Source: Octopus sinensis
Lineage: Eukaryota
Assembly (NCBI RefSeq): GCF_006345805.1
Contig: NC_043011.1
Location: forward strand, 4,030,001-4,094,000
Direction of reading: 5' to 3'
DNA: 64,000 bases
In this document: positions 13,561 to 25,434 of the stretch, piece after piece
How positions within the stretch are numbered: the stretch's first letter is position 1
How the letters are laid out: the number at the start of each line of letters is the position of its first letter
Notes under the pieces: model-generated
The model's database searches: none
What the model saw: only the letters and a program-made list of their open reading frames with translations
Told to the model about the DNA's origin: nothing
Program-made: the position numbers and the translations under genes

Positions 13561-13939
13561 GGGTGTTTTTACATACCTAAATAGTCACATACATATATAC
13601 ATAAATACATGCATACATACATACATACATACATATATACATGCATATCATGAACTAACAGTTACTTTCTCAGATGCAGCACAAAGTTTTGTCAGTGGAC
13701 TGGTCGCGGTCTCAAAGGGACAAAAATATTTTGACAAATTAAATTTAAATGTTGAAGTGAATCTAACAGTTTTCTTGTGTGTTTTTTAAATGGCTTATAA
13801 ACACCTTCCACACTGAATTTGTTTAAATTTCAGCACACAATCTCAGATCAAGTCACTTGCTATGCAAGTACATCTCCGTAATATATATATATAGGTATGT
13901 TGAGGCAAAAGGTAAAAATTTAACTCAAAATACGAATAT

Positions 13940-14076
13940 ATGCATATTTTTATTAACATTTAGCAGAGGCAACAGAGTGAGTCACAGTTCAAAAGTTTCA
14001 TGCATTGGCCTGACATATGAAATTCTCAGATCTTGAATCACTCTGTTCCTTCTGCTAAATATTAATAAAAATGCAT
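13940..14076. mobile_element. MITE with ~40 bp TIRs
   Basis: ATGCATATTTTTATTAACATTTAGCAGAGGCAACAGAGTGA versus TCACTCTGTTCCTTCTGCTAAATATTAATAAAAATGCAT. Confidence 0.8.
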
Positions 14077-14426
14077 ACACACATATATATGTAGGAGAAA
14101 AACACTTGTTTCAGTGATCCAAAGAAAACTCAATACATGGTAAATAAATATTCAATGGGTAATTATATCAAGCAGATGTGTTTGTTTTAGCAAAGAAACT
14201 ATATTTTAATGATATGGTATACTTCATCCTATAACACAGTGAAAGTAAAGTTCCCTTGCTAAAATATATGAACCTATGAAATATAATATATATTTCTATA
14301 TATGTATGAGTGTGTGTGTCTGAAGCAGATTAATAAGTCAGAAAAAAGTAAGTGCACCCAATACTTACAAGATATACATATATCTATCTATCTGTGTATA
14401 TATATATATATATATTACAGGGTTTA

Positions 14427-16110
14427 CAGGGTCTTGCAGATAAATTGAGACAATTTTTATGAGGCATAAAAATGGTTATAAATGCTAGAATAATGGTTGT
14501 AGACTGATATAATTTTAATGTAGAATTTATTACAAAAACATGTCACTCTTTTGGGCAATTACTGCCCTCCACACGAGAACAAATTTTTTTGGCAGCTGCT
14601 GCAACCCCCAACTTTTTGATTTTGCATATTGCATGCATGATGCAAGTCTTCCAACTGTTGACACTTGAGTGTGGTGAAGCATTGGTCCTTGCTTGAAGTA
14701 CATTCCATAAAGAGTAATTGAGAAGGTTGAGATCTGGGCTATTACAAGGCCAGATGTTGCCCTCACATGAAATGGCACCTTCTCACCAAGGAAGGCCTAT
14801 GTTGCTTTTGACTCACAGCATGGTGCAGAATCCTGGATAAGCATTACATTGTCAAACCCAAACCTCTGCTCCATCCAAGGTAACAGAGAGTCCTTCAGGA
14901 TGTCCAAATACTCCTTTGTGCCAATCTTCAAGCCAGCCTCAATGAACTGTGGATCCATGACACTTTCATCACTTGCCACAGCTCCATATACCTATTTCTT
15001 TACTGCCCACAAGGGGCTAAACACAGAGGGGACAAACAAGGACAGACAAACAGATTAAGTCGATTACATCGACCCCAGTGTGTAACTGGTCCTTAATTTA
15101 TCGACCCCGAAAGGATGAAAGGCAAAGTCGACCTTGGCGGAATTTGAACTCAGAACGTAACGGCAGATGAAATGTCTATTTCTTTATTACCCACAAGGGG
15201 CTAAACACAGAGGGGACAAGCAAGGACAGACAAACGGATTAAGTCGATTACATCGACCCCAGTGTGTAACTGGTCCTTAATTTATCGACCCCGAAAGGAT
15301 GAAAGGCAAAGTCGACCTCGGCAGAATTTGAACTCAGAATTTAACGGCAGACGAAATACTGCTAAACATTTTGCCCAGCATGCTAACGTTTCTGCCAGCT
15401 CACTGCCTAATACCATCACAGTGGCAGGATTCTAAGTTTCAAATACAGGGGCGGATACCAGAAGTGTTGTATGCAATCACCTGAGAATTTCTGCGATTCA
15501 CCTCAGTGTCCACAGTTAACTTCTTCTCACCCGCAAACATGAGAATTTTCCCTGCACTTTGATGCTTGTTGAATGACAGAAGCTTTGGACATCTCTTGGC
15601 TCTGGTTGATTTGGCCTTGGCTGTTAGGAGGTGACAGCATCATTGAACATAGTTAGTTATGTCAAGGATCTTGTTCACAGCTCTGGATATTGTGGAAAGG
15701 AACACGTGTTTCTTTGCAAGAGTTGTCATGGATATGGATGGGTTGGCTTCAGTCAAGTGTTTGAGACCAGTGAGAAACTTTGGATTCTGTTTGGAATCAC
15801 TTTGAGTCTTGTGTTTTTCCCTATCAATCTTTCCCTGTTCTTTAAATTGTTTGTACACATGATAAATTGTTGCTTTTGTAAGTTTCATCAACATCACAAC
15901 TTTATTGACAATGTACCCAGCACATGCCAAAATAACAATGGTAGAATGATTCTGTTGTTCCGTGACTTTCTTCTGTTGAATCAGTTCACTATTTACCTGA
16001 AAACTAAAGAGGTAGATAAGATTTTCAAGCAAGGTTTTGTTAAAAAAATTAGTTATAAAACCCACTAAGTCAACTGCTTAAATTTGTCTCAATTTATCTG
16101 CAAGACCATG
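14427..16110 (-). mobile_element. Tc1/mariner element, maT/DD37D-like, with defective transposase
   Basis: TIRs CAGGGTCTTGCAGATAAATTGAGACAA and TTGTCTCAATTTATCTGCAAGACCATG with TA flanks; minus ORFs give an N-terminal HTH and GAVASDESVMDPQFIEAGLKIGTKEYLDIL...LIQDSAP. Confidence 0.9.
14996..15410 (-). mobile_element. SINE family B tandem dimer inserted in the transposase gene
   Basis: Two near-identical units at ~14996-15175 and ~15176-15410; interrupts the ATVMV / YGAVAS coding sequence. Confidence 0.92.
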
Positions 16111-16142
<32 letters not shown>

Positions 16143-16149
16143 ATATATA

Positions 16150-16366
16150 TAAAGTTAATCCAAACAAGAAAGCACAAAAAAACACAACAACGTGAGGACG
16201 TGGAACAAATATAGTATTATTGGACGCTCAGGAAAGAAGGAAAGAAGGAGGGTTTAACGTTTCGAGCGGAGCTCTTTGTCGGAAACATAGGAGAAGGAAA
16301 GATCCAGAGAAGGGAAGACAGAGGAAAAAAAATTGCCAATGGTACACACGAGGTCACATTATACAC
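16150..16366 (-). mobile_element. Penelope-like solo terminal repeat carrying a minimal hammerhead motif
   Basis: Homologous to 49478-49673 and flanked by (TA)n and (CA)n; reverse complement contains GTTTCCGACAAAGAGCTCCGCTCGAAACGTTAAAC. Confidence 0.65.
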
Positions 16367-16409
16367 ACACACACACACACACACACACGCACGCACACAC
16401 ACATACACA

Positions 16410-16725
16410 CTTGTATATGATGTGTGGTAAATTTATAGAAAGAAATTCCATAAAACTCAACAATTTAGTTAAAAGGGAGAAGACGAGTTGTTAAAATATA
16501 TAAGAGAATTTTAATTCATGCAGACAATCATCTTGTACAGAGATATAAAAATATTGCAAATTCATGATCGAATTGAATTAAATTAAATTAATTAATTATA
16601 TATATCAATGTATTCTTCAGTGAAGTAAGTATAAACAAAATTTACAACTTGTCTTCTCAATTTTTAACTAAATTATGGGTTTTATTGAACTTCTTTCCAT
16701 AAATTCACCACACATCATATACAAG
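16410..16725. mobile_element. Foldback MITE with ~90-100 bp TIRs
   Basis: CTTGTATATGATGTGTGGTAAATTTATAGAAAGAAATTCC... mirrored at 16640-16725. Confidence 0.85.
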
Positions 16726-16854
16726 TATTACTTTCAGATCTTCAGAAATATATGCCTGTTAACTACCAGCAAAATCTGAAGAATTGATATTAGAAATCTT
16801 TTTTGGAAACCTCCAAAGTAAAGGACAAATCTATATTCAAACTTTTTATACCTA

Positions 16855-17115
16855 TATATGTGTGTATGTATGTATGTGTGTATGTGTGTATGTATGTATG
16901 TATGTATGCATGTATGTATGTATGTATGTATGTATGTATGTGTGTATGTGTGTATGTATGTATATATGTATGTATGTATGTATATATGTGTGTATGTATG
17001 TATGTACATATGTATGTATATATGTATGTATGTATATATGTATGAATGTATGTATGTATGTATGTATGTATGTATGTATGTATGTATGTATGTATGTATG
17101 TATGTATGTATGTAT
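16855..17115. repeat. (TATG)n microsatellite
   Basis: Direct reading. Confidence 0.95.
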
Positions 17116-17259
17116 AAATTGTCCACATAGCAAGAATTTACAAACTTCAATGACCATGAAATAACTTTTTCTTTGGAATGGTGAAATTTGAAGCAAAGTA
17201 AGCATAAAGCTATAAAGAATAGCATGTAAATATTAGGTTTGAAACCCTTTCAGTTGTCC

Positions 17260-17645
17260 TTCATTTTCTTGGGCCCACTTCTTCCACAATTACAAACATG
17301 TACTTGTTTATGCAATTGTCCTCATCCATGCACATCACATGACCAAATCAGTGCAGCCTTCTCTCTTATACGCATCCGATGCATCTTATAACCAATTTTT
17401 TTCTTAAAACACACACATTTCGACATGATTACTAACAATGCATATCCAACGAAACATGCTGACCTCATTTGTTTGCATGTCCTCTGAAATCACAGTCAAT
17501 GTTTCACTACCATGTAATGTAGCTATTTGAACACAAGTATCATATAATCTGTCTTTTATTAAGAAAGAAAAGCCCTTTGTTACCAACAAAGATAGAAGCT
17601 CCTTGAACTTTTCCCAGCCTGTTCTTATTCTAGCAACTGTCAAAG
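17260..17645 (-). mobile_element. RTE-clade LINE ORF2 C-terminal fragment
   Basis: ARIRTGWEKFKELLSLLVTKGFSFLIKDRLYDTCV...LHGSET...NEVSMFRWIC is a typical RTE post-RT region. Confidence 0.85.
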
Positions 17646-17837
17646 GCTTTATTCATGTTGACAAAAGCCAGGATATATATCAGTGCAGGCATGTGCATGC
17701 GGTAAGAAGTTTGCTTCTGGCCCACATGGTTCCAGGTTCAGTCCCACTGCATAGCTGCATGGCACCTTGGGCAAGTGTCTTTTACTATAGCTCTAGATCA
17801 GCCAAAGCTTTGTGAGTGAAAATGGATAAAAATTATT

Positions 17838-18233
17838 GTGGTAAGTAGCTTGGTAACCAACCACATGGTTCCGAGTTCAGTCCCACTGCGTGGCATCTTG
17901 GGCAAGTGTCTTCTGCTATAGCCCCGGGCCGACCAATCCCTTGTGAGTGGATTTGGTAGACGGAAACTGAAAGAAGCCTGTCGTATATATGTATATATAT
18001 ATATGTGTGTGTTTGTGTGTCTGTATTTGTCCCCCTAGCATTGCTTGACAACCGATGCTGGCATGTTTACGTCCCCATCACTTAGCGGTTCAGCAAAAGA
18101 GACCGATAGAATAAGTACTGGGCTTACAAAGAATAAGTCCCGGGGTCGATTTGCTCAAATAAAGGCGGTGCTCCAGCATGGCCGCAGTCAAATGACTGAA
18201 ACAAGTAAAAGAGTAAAGAGTAAAGAGTAAGAG
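17838..18233 (+). mobile_element. SINE family A, preceded by a partial copy at 17690-17820
   Basis: Body and tail match family A. Confidence 0.9.
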
Positions 18234-18657
18234 AAGCCATCACAAGGATTCTACCTGTAATTCAAAGGTACATCTTAGTCTCCTAAACTGTGTTATGTTT
18301 ATTCTACCTGAGAATTATTTTCAGGAGACACTTGTCTGTGAAATGTTCAGTTACTTACCTGCTAATTCAACAAGCAGGTTGGTTATTTATTTAGTCTTTC
18401 AACTATAGTTTCAATGTCAAAACTGATAAAGCATCTATTTGTCAACCCATAATATATACATATACATGCATGTCTGTGTGTATGTGTGTTTGTGTATGTC
18501 TGAGTATGTATGCATAAATCATGTGTGTGTGTGTGTGTAGCTATCTATCTATCTATCTATCTATATATATATATATATAATATATATATATGTACACACA
18601 CACCACACACACAGACATACATACATACATACATACATACATACATACATACATACA

Positions 18658-18728
<71 letters not shown>

Positions 18729-18759
18729 GTAATATATTATATATATATATATAATATAT

Positions 18760-18805
<46 letters not shown>

Positions 18806-18855
18806 AAAATAGAATAAAGGTATACAAGCAAACAACTGGTTATCTGGTCTGATTA

Positions 18856-19055
18856 TGACAGTTGCTAGAATAAGAACAGGCTGGGAAAAGTTCAAGGAGC
18901 TTCTATCTTTGTTGGTAACAAAGGGCTTTTCTTTCTTAATAAAAGACAGATTATATGATACTTGTGTTCAAATAGCTACATTACATGGTAGTGAAACATA
19001 GACTGCGATTTCAGAGGACATGCAAACAAATGAGGTCAGCATGTTTCGTTGGATA
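18856..19055 (+). mobile_element. RTE fragment; inverted near-identical duplicate of 17443-17642
   Basis: 200 bp with 2 visible mismatches. Confidence 0.9.
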
Positions 19056-19506
19056 CAACTTGAGGGCAGAAATGAATGTTTCAGGAGTTTAGATAACACG
19101 GGATCAATAAAACCACCTGAAGCATTCATTTCTACCCTTAAGTTGTATCAACATATAAATATATAAATGTCATAATCTGACCTGATACCAGTTGTTTGCT
19201 GGTCTGTACTTCTAATCTATTATACAGGGACCAGTTTGATTGAAGCACTGCCTATAACCAATACTCATTTAGGCAGCTGCAACATCTCTGTATTTTTAGT
19301 TACAGTTCAAATTGAAATTTAGACAGAACAACAGATTGAGCACTGGTTGTATATACTTATTATCTTATGTCCTCAGATGTAATAGTACCTGAAATTTATA
19401 TAATTATCATCATCATTTAGCATCCACTTTCCATGCTGGCATGGTGTGTGTGTGTGTGTATACACGTGTGAGTCATCTTAGTGACCATAAGTCAGAGAGA
19501 AGTGGG

Positions 19507-19783
19507 TATATTATCCGAAATGTACTGTATTATATATCCATCACAGCTGATCATACTAATCAGTTTCGTGCAAGGAACACAATGGAGTGTTAGGTAACAA
19601 TCTGCTCATATAACCTTACACTCATCAGACTTAGCCATATACCCTCCCATATTGGCTAACTTTGACGAGTGTAAGGTTATATAATCGGATTGTTACCTAA
19701 CACTCCATTGTGTTCCTTGTGTGAAACCAATTGGTAAGATCAGCCATGATAGATATATAATACTGTACAGTTCAGATAATATA
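19507..19783. mobile_element. Near-perfect hairpin (foldback) element with ~130 bp arms
   Basis: CAAGGAACACAATGGAGTGTTAGGTAACAATC...ATATAACCTTACACTC mirrored around a loop near 19640-19650. Confidence 0.9.
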
Positions 19784-19877
19784 TATATATACATATTAAT
19801 AGTAGAGTAGCCCATCAGATTAATGTAAAACTGTTTTTATTATAACAATATAAAAACAAACATTAATGCCTAGTTTT

Positions 19878-20040
19878 AGGTGCAGGTGTGCCTGTGTAGT
19901 TAGAAATTTGCTTCCCAACTTCATGTTTCTGGGTTCAGTCCCATTGCTTGGCACCTCGGGAAAGTGTTTTCTTCTATATCCCCAGGCAGACCAAAGCCTT
20001 ATGAGTGGATTTGGTAGACAGAAACTGAAAGAAGGCTGTC
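19878..20040 (+). mobile_element. SINE family A, 5' half only
   Basis: Head through GAAAGAAGG, then microsatellite. Confidence 0.8.
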
Positions 20041-20130
20041 ATATATATATATACATACATATATATATACATACATATATATATATGTGTGTGTGTGTGT
20101 GTGTATGTATGTATATATATTTATATATAT

Positions 20131-20172
<42 letters not shown>

Positions 20173-20308
20173 ATATATATATATATATATATATATGGAC
20201 TGGTGCAGCCTTCGGGCTCCCCAGACCCCAGTTGAACCGTCCAACCCATGTTAGCATGGAAAGCGGACGTTAAATGATGATGATGATATATATATACACA
20301 TATATATA

Positions 20309-21562
20309 CACGAGGGGCATTCAATAAGTAATGCCTCTGACCCACTTGCACTTGTTTGATCTAGCTGAAAATTTACATGTGCAATTATTTATATCTCTAT
20401 AGATTAAGTGGCAAATTACAGCTCTGAACTAATTGTGGTTTCTGATATACAGAGTCAAGTGTGAAATGGAGCCAGTTGAGTGTCGAGCAGTGATCCGGTT
20501 TTTGTATTTGAAAGGACGCACACCATGGGAGACTTTTGATGAAATGAAAGTAACTTATGGTGATGATGCCCCATCATATGACCTTGTAAAACGCTGGCAT
20601 CGTGAATTCAAACATGGTTGGAACTCTGTGGAAACAGCTCCCAGATCTGGTCACCCTCCTTCTGCCATTGATGAGGCATTTGTCCGTCAAGTTGAGGCTG
20701 CCATTTTGGAAGATCGACGCATAACTATTTGCCAAATAGCCCATGAGGTCAAGTTTAGTACCAGGTCTGTGGAAACTATCATTCATGACCATTTGCATAT
20801 GCAAAAGGTGTCTGCCAGATGGATTCCCAGGTTGCTCACACCTTTTCAGAAGCAAGAACGCGTTGAGTGCTCGAGGGTGAATTTGGAGATGTGCCAAGAA
20901 GATGAGTCAAAATTTTTCAAAAGTCTGATTACACAGGATGAAACCTGGGTCCATCACTATGATCCAAAGACCAAAGCCCAGTCAATGCAGTCAAAGCTCC
21001 GTGACTCACCTCCTCCAAAGAAGGCAAGGGTGCAGCCCTCCGCTGGCAAGGTCATGCTCACAGTCTTCTGGGACCAGGACGGAGTAGTGATGACAGATTT
21101 CCTGGCAAAAGGTACCACAATTACAGGAGCCTATTATGCTTCACTTTTGAGGAAATTAAGAGAAGCTATCAAAATCAAGAGGCGGGGCAAGATCAGCAAA
21201 GGCATCCTCCTCCTGCAGGACAACGCTCCGGTCTACAACTCGCGTGTCGCCAGATCAGAAGCACAGGCATGCGGCTATGAACTCCTCCCCCATCCCTCTA
21301 CTCTCCTGACCTGCACCCTCTGATTTTCACCTCTTCCTAGCCATGAAGTTGTTTTTGAAAGGAAAGCGTTTCCCAGATGATGCAGCCTTGATTTCTGAAG
21401 TCATGTCGTGGTTGGAGGACCAAGCTGGGGTCTTCTACAAAAACGGTCTCCAGAGTTGCATCAAACGATGGGAGAAATGTGTAACTCTGAGTGGTTCCTA
21501 TGTAGAAAAAGACTAATAACTGTGCCAAGTTTCGTTGCTCTACTGCTATGGGAAGTGGGCTC

Positions 21563-21564
<2 letters not shown>
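20309..21564 (+). mobile_element. mariner transposon, irritans/Hsmar2-like
   Basis: Left end CACGAGGGGCATTCAATAAGT after TA; right end ...GGAAGTGGGCTCGTA; transposase between them. Confidence 0.93.
20466..21516 (+). pseudogene. mariner transposase with frameshift in the YSPDL motif
   Basis: MEPVECRAVIRFL..., WIPRLL, ITQDETW, LQDNAP; two 1-bp losses near 21295-21315; the restored frame reads YSPDLAPSDFHLF...GSYVEKD-stop. Confidence 0.93.
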
Positions 21565-21638
<74 letters not shown>

Positions 21639-21639
21639 C

Positions 21640-22075
21640 AGCTCCAGCTCATATCCGAACATTGTGTTCATCAGTTTCTGTCCAGACTCCTTGGCTAATG
21701 TTTGTGCCAAAAGTGACTTTGGTGTCCAAGTTGGTGGTGAAAGAGTCATGGGCAGAACTTGCACGAGATGGTCAGTGCAGGTTGAAGATGTTGAAGATAC
21801 TCCTTTCTTCTCCTGCACTTTGCCGCCTCATCTTCTTGTCTGCTCTGCTTGAAGGAGCTGGCTCCATTGTGGATAGCAGTCCTCCAGGCTGTCCAATCCA
21901 TGGCAATCTGTTACCACGAGGATGGCTGGATGTTAGCTTGATCCAAGGTCCCTTTAAGTTGGTCTTTAAAACCGAATTTTGGACCTCCTCTGGGTCCTGT
22001 TCTGATTGCAAGTTCTCTGAACTAGTAATTCAGAAGACTGCATCAATCCCTGTGGAATAGTTGGCATCTGAAAGG
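21640..22075 (-). mobile_element. RTE/BovB-like LINE 3' end
   Basis: Minus frames read RFKDQLKGTLDQANI...WTAWRTAIHNGA...CKFCP...HQSH, a C2H2-like terminus. Confidence 0.75.
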
Positions 22076-22677
22076 GTACCTGTTCATATGACACTGTCTT
22101 AAAATGTCTCATCTAACCTATGTCACCATGGAGGAATGGATGTAAAGCAACAATGAAGACATACAGACACAAGCTTGGCTGTGTTGAGAAGTTTGTTTTA
22201 CAGTCATGTTGTTCTGTTTCCAATTCTACTGCATTGCACTTTGGACTTGTGTATTCTACCATCTTCCACTCAAAATATCACTTAGAGTATTGGTTCATCC
22301 AAGTCTATAAACTTGGATTAACCATTACTGTGAGTGGAATTTTAAAACACGGATATTGTTCAGAAGCCTGTTGTGGGTGTATTGCATGAGTACATGTGTG
22401 AGTGGGATTTTATTCACAGCAAAATCAAATTAAATCTGTTCTTAAAAGGGAACATCGATAACATATCTCATCAAGTAAAGCTATTCCAACGTCTAGTCTT
22501 GAGAGTCTTACTTTGAAATCTCTGTCATTTAAAAAATTTTGTATGTGGTAAAAAGTTTGCTTCCTGCCCCAACCACATGGTTCTGGGTTCAATCCCATTG
22601 TGTGGCACCTTGGACTCCCATAGCCTTGAGAATGGATTTGGTAGATGGAATTTGAAAGATGCCTATTGTGTGTGTAT

Positions 22678-22713
<36 letters not shown>

Positions 22714-22782
22714 CATATGTATGTATGTATGTATGCATGCATGCATATATAAAACATTGTTTTCTCAGTAAATTTATTGTTA

Positions 22783-23270
22783 TGGGTGGTCATAGAGTGA
22801 CCATTAGTTGTAAGCTTTGCTTGGCAGAGAGAACAAAAATCCTTAATGCTCACTCAACCCAGAGACCTTCTTCAACTCCAGGAAAGAAATATTTAGTCAC
22901 TACCCTCATCTAAAATGTTTCTTACTACAAGAATGGAATTCCCCAATCATTGAATAGGCCCTTGGCTGCTTCTTTGAATATTACCATGACTGGAGCCAAT
23001 GTAACAGGTAACATCCCACCTACTACATAACGGACAAACATTTTATTTACAAAACTGACAAACAGTTAGGCATTTCGTCCTCTAATTGCAAAGCGGTTAA
23101 GTGCCTTTGGCCATTTGATTCTGATGAGATACCCATGTGGTTAAGCATTTTAGAGGTGTGAAACCGCTGGTTATTCTATGACCAGCCCGAACAATTATCC
23201 TTCTAAAAAAGTATATTACTGCACTAATTTTTTAGAAAGTACTTCTTTTTCAGATATTTGAACTACTGAC
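22783..23270 (+). mobile_element. Penelope-like element 3' end: endonuclease C-terminus plus terminal repeat
   Basis: SCKLCLAERTKILN, then after a frameshift FNSRKEIFSHYPHLKCFLL, matching the PLE CxxC...LNxRxE...CxH pattern; followed by a hammerhead core; ends in (TA)n. Confidence 0.7.
23092..23197 (+). ncRNA. Hammerhead ribozyme candidate
   Basis: CTGATGA at 23121-23127, GAAA at 23160-23163, stem II ATACC/GGTGT, stem III hairpin 23163-23191, stem I TGATT/AATTA. Confidence 0.6.
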
Positions 23271-23749
23271 TATATATATATGTATATATATGTATAAGAA
23301 ATTATGATATATTTGTTTATTTGTGTCTATATACATTTCACCACTGTGGTTGTTTGGAACTCTCTGCATTGGTTGTCAGATACTTTAGTTCACAATAATA
23401 TAATAGAATAAAGACTTCACTGATAACCTGTTGGGATTAAGTGTCTAATTGCATTTGGAACCACCCATTGCAGATTTCCAGACAGGCACAATGATGGAAT
23501 GTATGTAGGAACAACTGATATAAACTTGTTTTTATCATCATTCCTTTTACATTTGCTCTGTATATCACAACCAGTAATGCAATTAAGTATAGCAGTTGCT
23601 TAAACACTATACTGGAAGCACACTTGATGATGATAATCTACATGGAGCTCTAAACTCAATAGTAGCATTCAGAAAACTATTTGTAAACACAAGATATACT
23701 CTCTCTATATATATATATGTGTGTGTGTTTATTTATACTACTTATATAA

Positions 23750-24067
23750 TATACAATATACTATTTATATAATAATTGCTTTATTGTTTCTAAATATACA
23801 ATACTTGCTCTATAATTTCGACACTTGCTTTATTGTTTTTAATATATAAAAGCAATTAACCATTAATTGAAGGATGTATTTAAGAGTATCAAATGTATTT
23901 TTACAAGGAAAAGCTTGAACAACCAATATCTATCTATCTATATATATATATATATATATATGATTATTAAACAATGTATTTAAGTAGAGTATTAAATTTA
24001 TTTTTACAAGGAAAAGCTTGAACAACCGATACATACATACATACATACATACATACATACATACATG

Positions 24068-24099
<32 letters not shown>

Positions 24100-24108
24100 T
24101 TATATATA

Positions 24109-24165
<57 letters not shown>

Positions 24166-24355
24166 TTATAATTATTAAACATACATATAGTTTGCACAAG
24201 CTTTTCCTTGTATAAATAAATGTAGTACTCTACTTAAATATATTTTGTCATCCTTTACTCAATGCATAATTGCTTTTATATATTTAAAAATAATAAAGTG
24301 ACTATTGCATATTTGAAATCAATAAAGCCATTATTATATAAATAGTTGTATATAC
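23750..24355. mobile_element. Foldback element with ~170 bp arms, an internal duplication and a (TA)n centre
   Basis: TTTTTACAAGGAAAAGCTTG occurs twice on the left and is inverted at 24197-24216; the arms extend outward. Confidence 0.75.
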
Positions 24356-24403
24356 ATGTATATATACACACACACATTTTTATATCTATATTTATCATAT
24401 TAT

Positions 24404-24744
24404 TACTACAGCTATTTCAGACATGTTTTTTATTGATGGACGGTTGTTACATCATGCAAACAAAAAAAGGAATATTTTCATCAGGTAAATACAGGTGAGA
24501 ATTTACAATTAGAACTTCACATAAACAAATACATATCGCTAGATGACTCAGAAGACTCAGATTCGGTTGACCCAGATTCTAACTGAATTTGTGTTGGCCA
24601 AGACATCTGGCATTATATACTTGTTCTTGATAAGTTCTAAGTGTTAATTCTTACTTGTATTCACCTGATGAAAAGGTGTTTTTTTCTTGTGTGATGTAAC
24701 ACTTTTGTTCACCAATAAAAAACATATCTGAAACAGCTGTAGTA
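24404..24744. mobile_element. MITE with ~110 bp TIRs
   Basis: TACTACAGCTATTTCAGACATGTTTTTTATTG...TTTTCATCAGGTAAATAC mirrored at 24650-24744. Confidence 0.8.
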
Positions 24745-25434
24745 AACCACAATCCATCTGCTGGTATTGTTTATTCTTCACTAACTTGGAGCCTGCAATT
24801 TGTTTGGATTTGGAGTCTATAGACCGCAATGCAAAAGGTGCAGTGAGTGTACTCATGTGTGACCTTGATGACTCATTGTATCAGCTACTTGTGAATGCAT
24901 GCATGAGTACATATTTGTCATTATCCATTGTTTGTACTCGATAGTGGTATCACTGACCTATACAGCAATTAAACATCTTTCAATGTATTTAATCAGAGTA
25001 TCACATATTTTTACAAAGAGAAGGTTGACAATGACTTCAAAGTTTTGCTTATCATTGACTTTGTCAGACTAAAGTTCTTTTTTTCCTTTTGTTTTTGGGT
25101 TTTTCAAGCTTTTTATATATTTTAGTTGATCTTGTGGGTGAAGCTTAGTGATTGCAAGTGTTGTTTAATAATATACTGTTGTGAGATGAAAATAAAAATG
25201 TTTATGTTTATGAAAGCTGAATTAAGGAGTTAATATTAATAAGTATATATTAAATATGTTAAACTGAAAGCTGAAACTTTTCACTCAGTGTACATAAGAT
25301 TGCAAGTTCAAATCAAGAGAAGATTAACAGTCTACTGTTTTTGTAAACTCACAATATTTCTATTTATCATCATCATCATCATCATCACCATCACCACTAC
25401 CATTAACACCACCACTGCCACCACTACCCTCTTT

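Noticed and set aside
24644-24957. Apparent minus-strand exon with AG/GT ends
   Set aside because: All frames have stops, and the donor lies within a MITE TIR.
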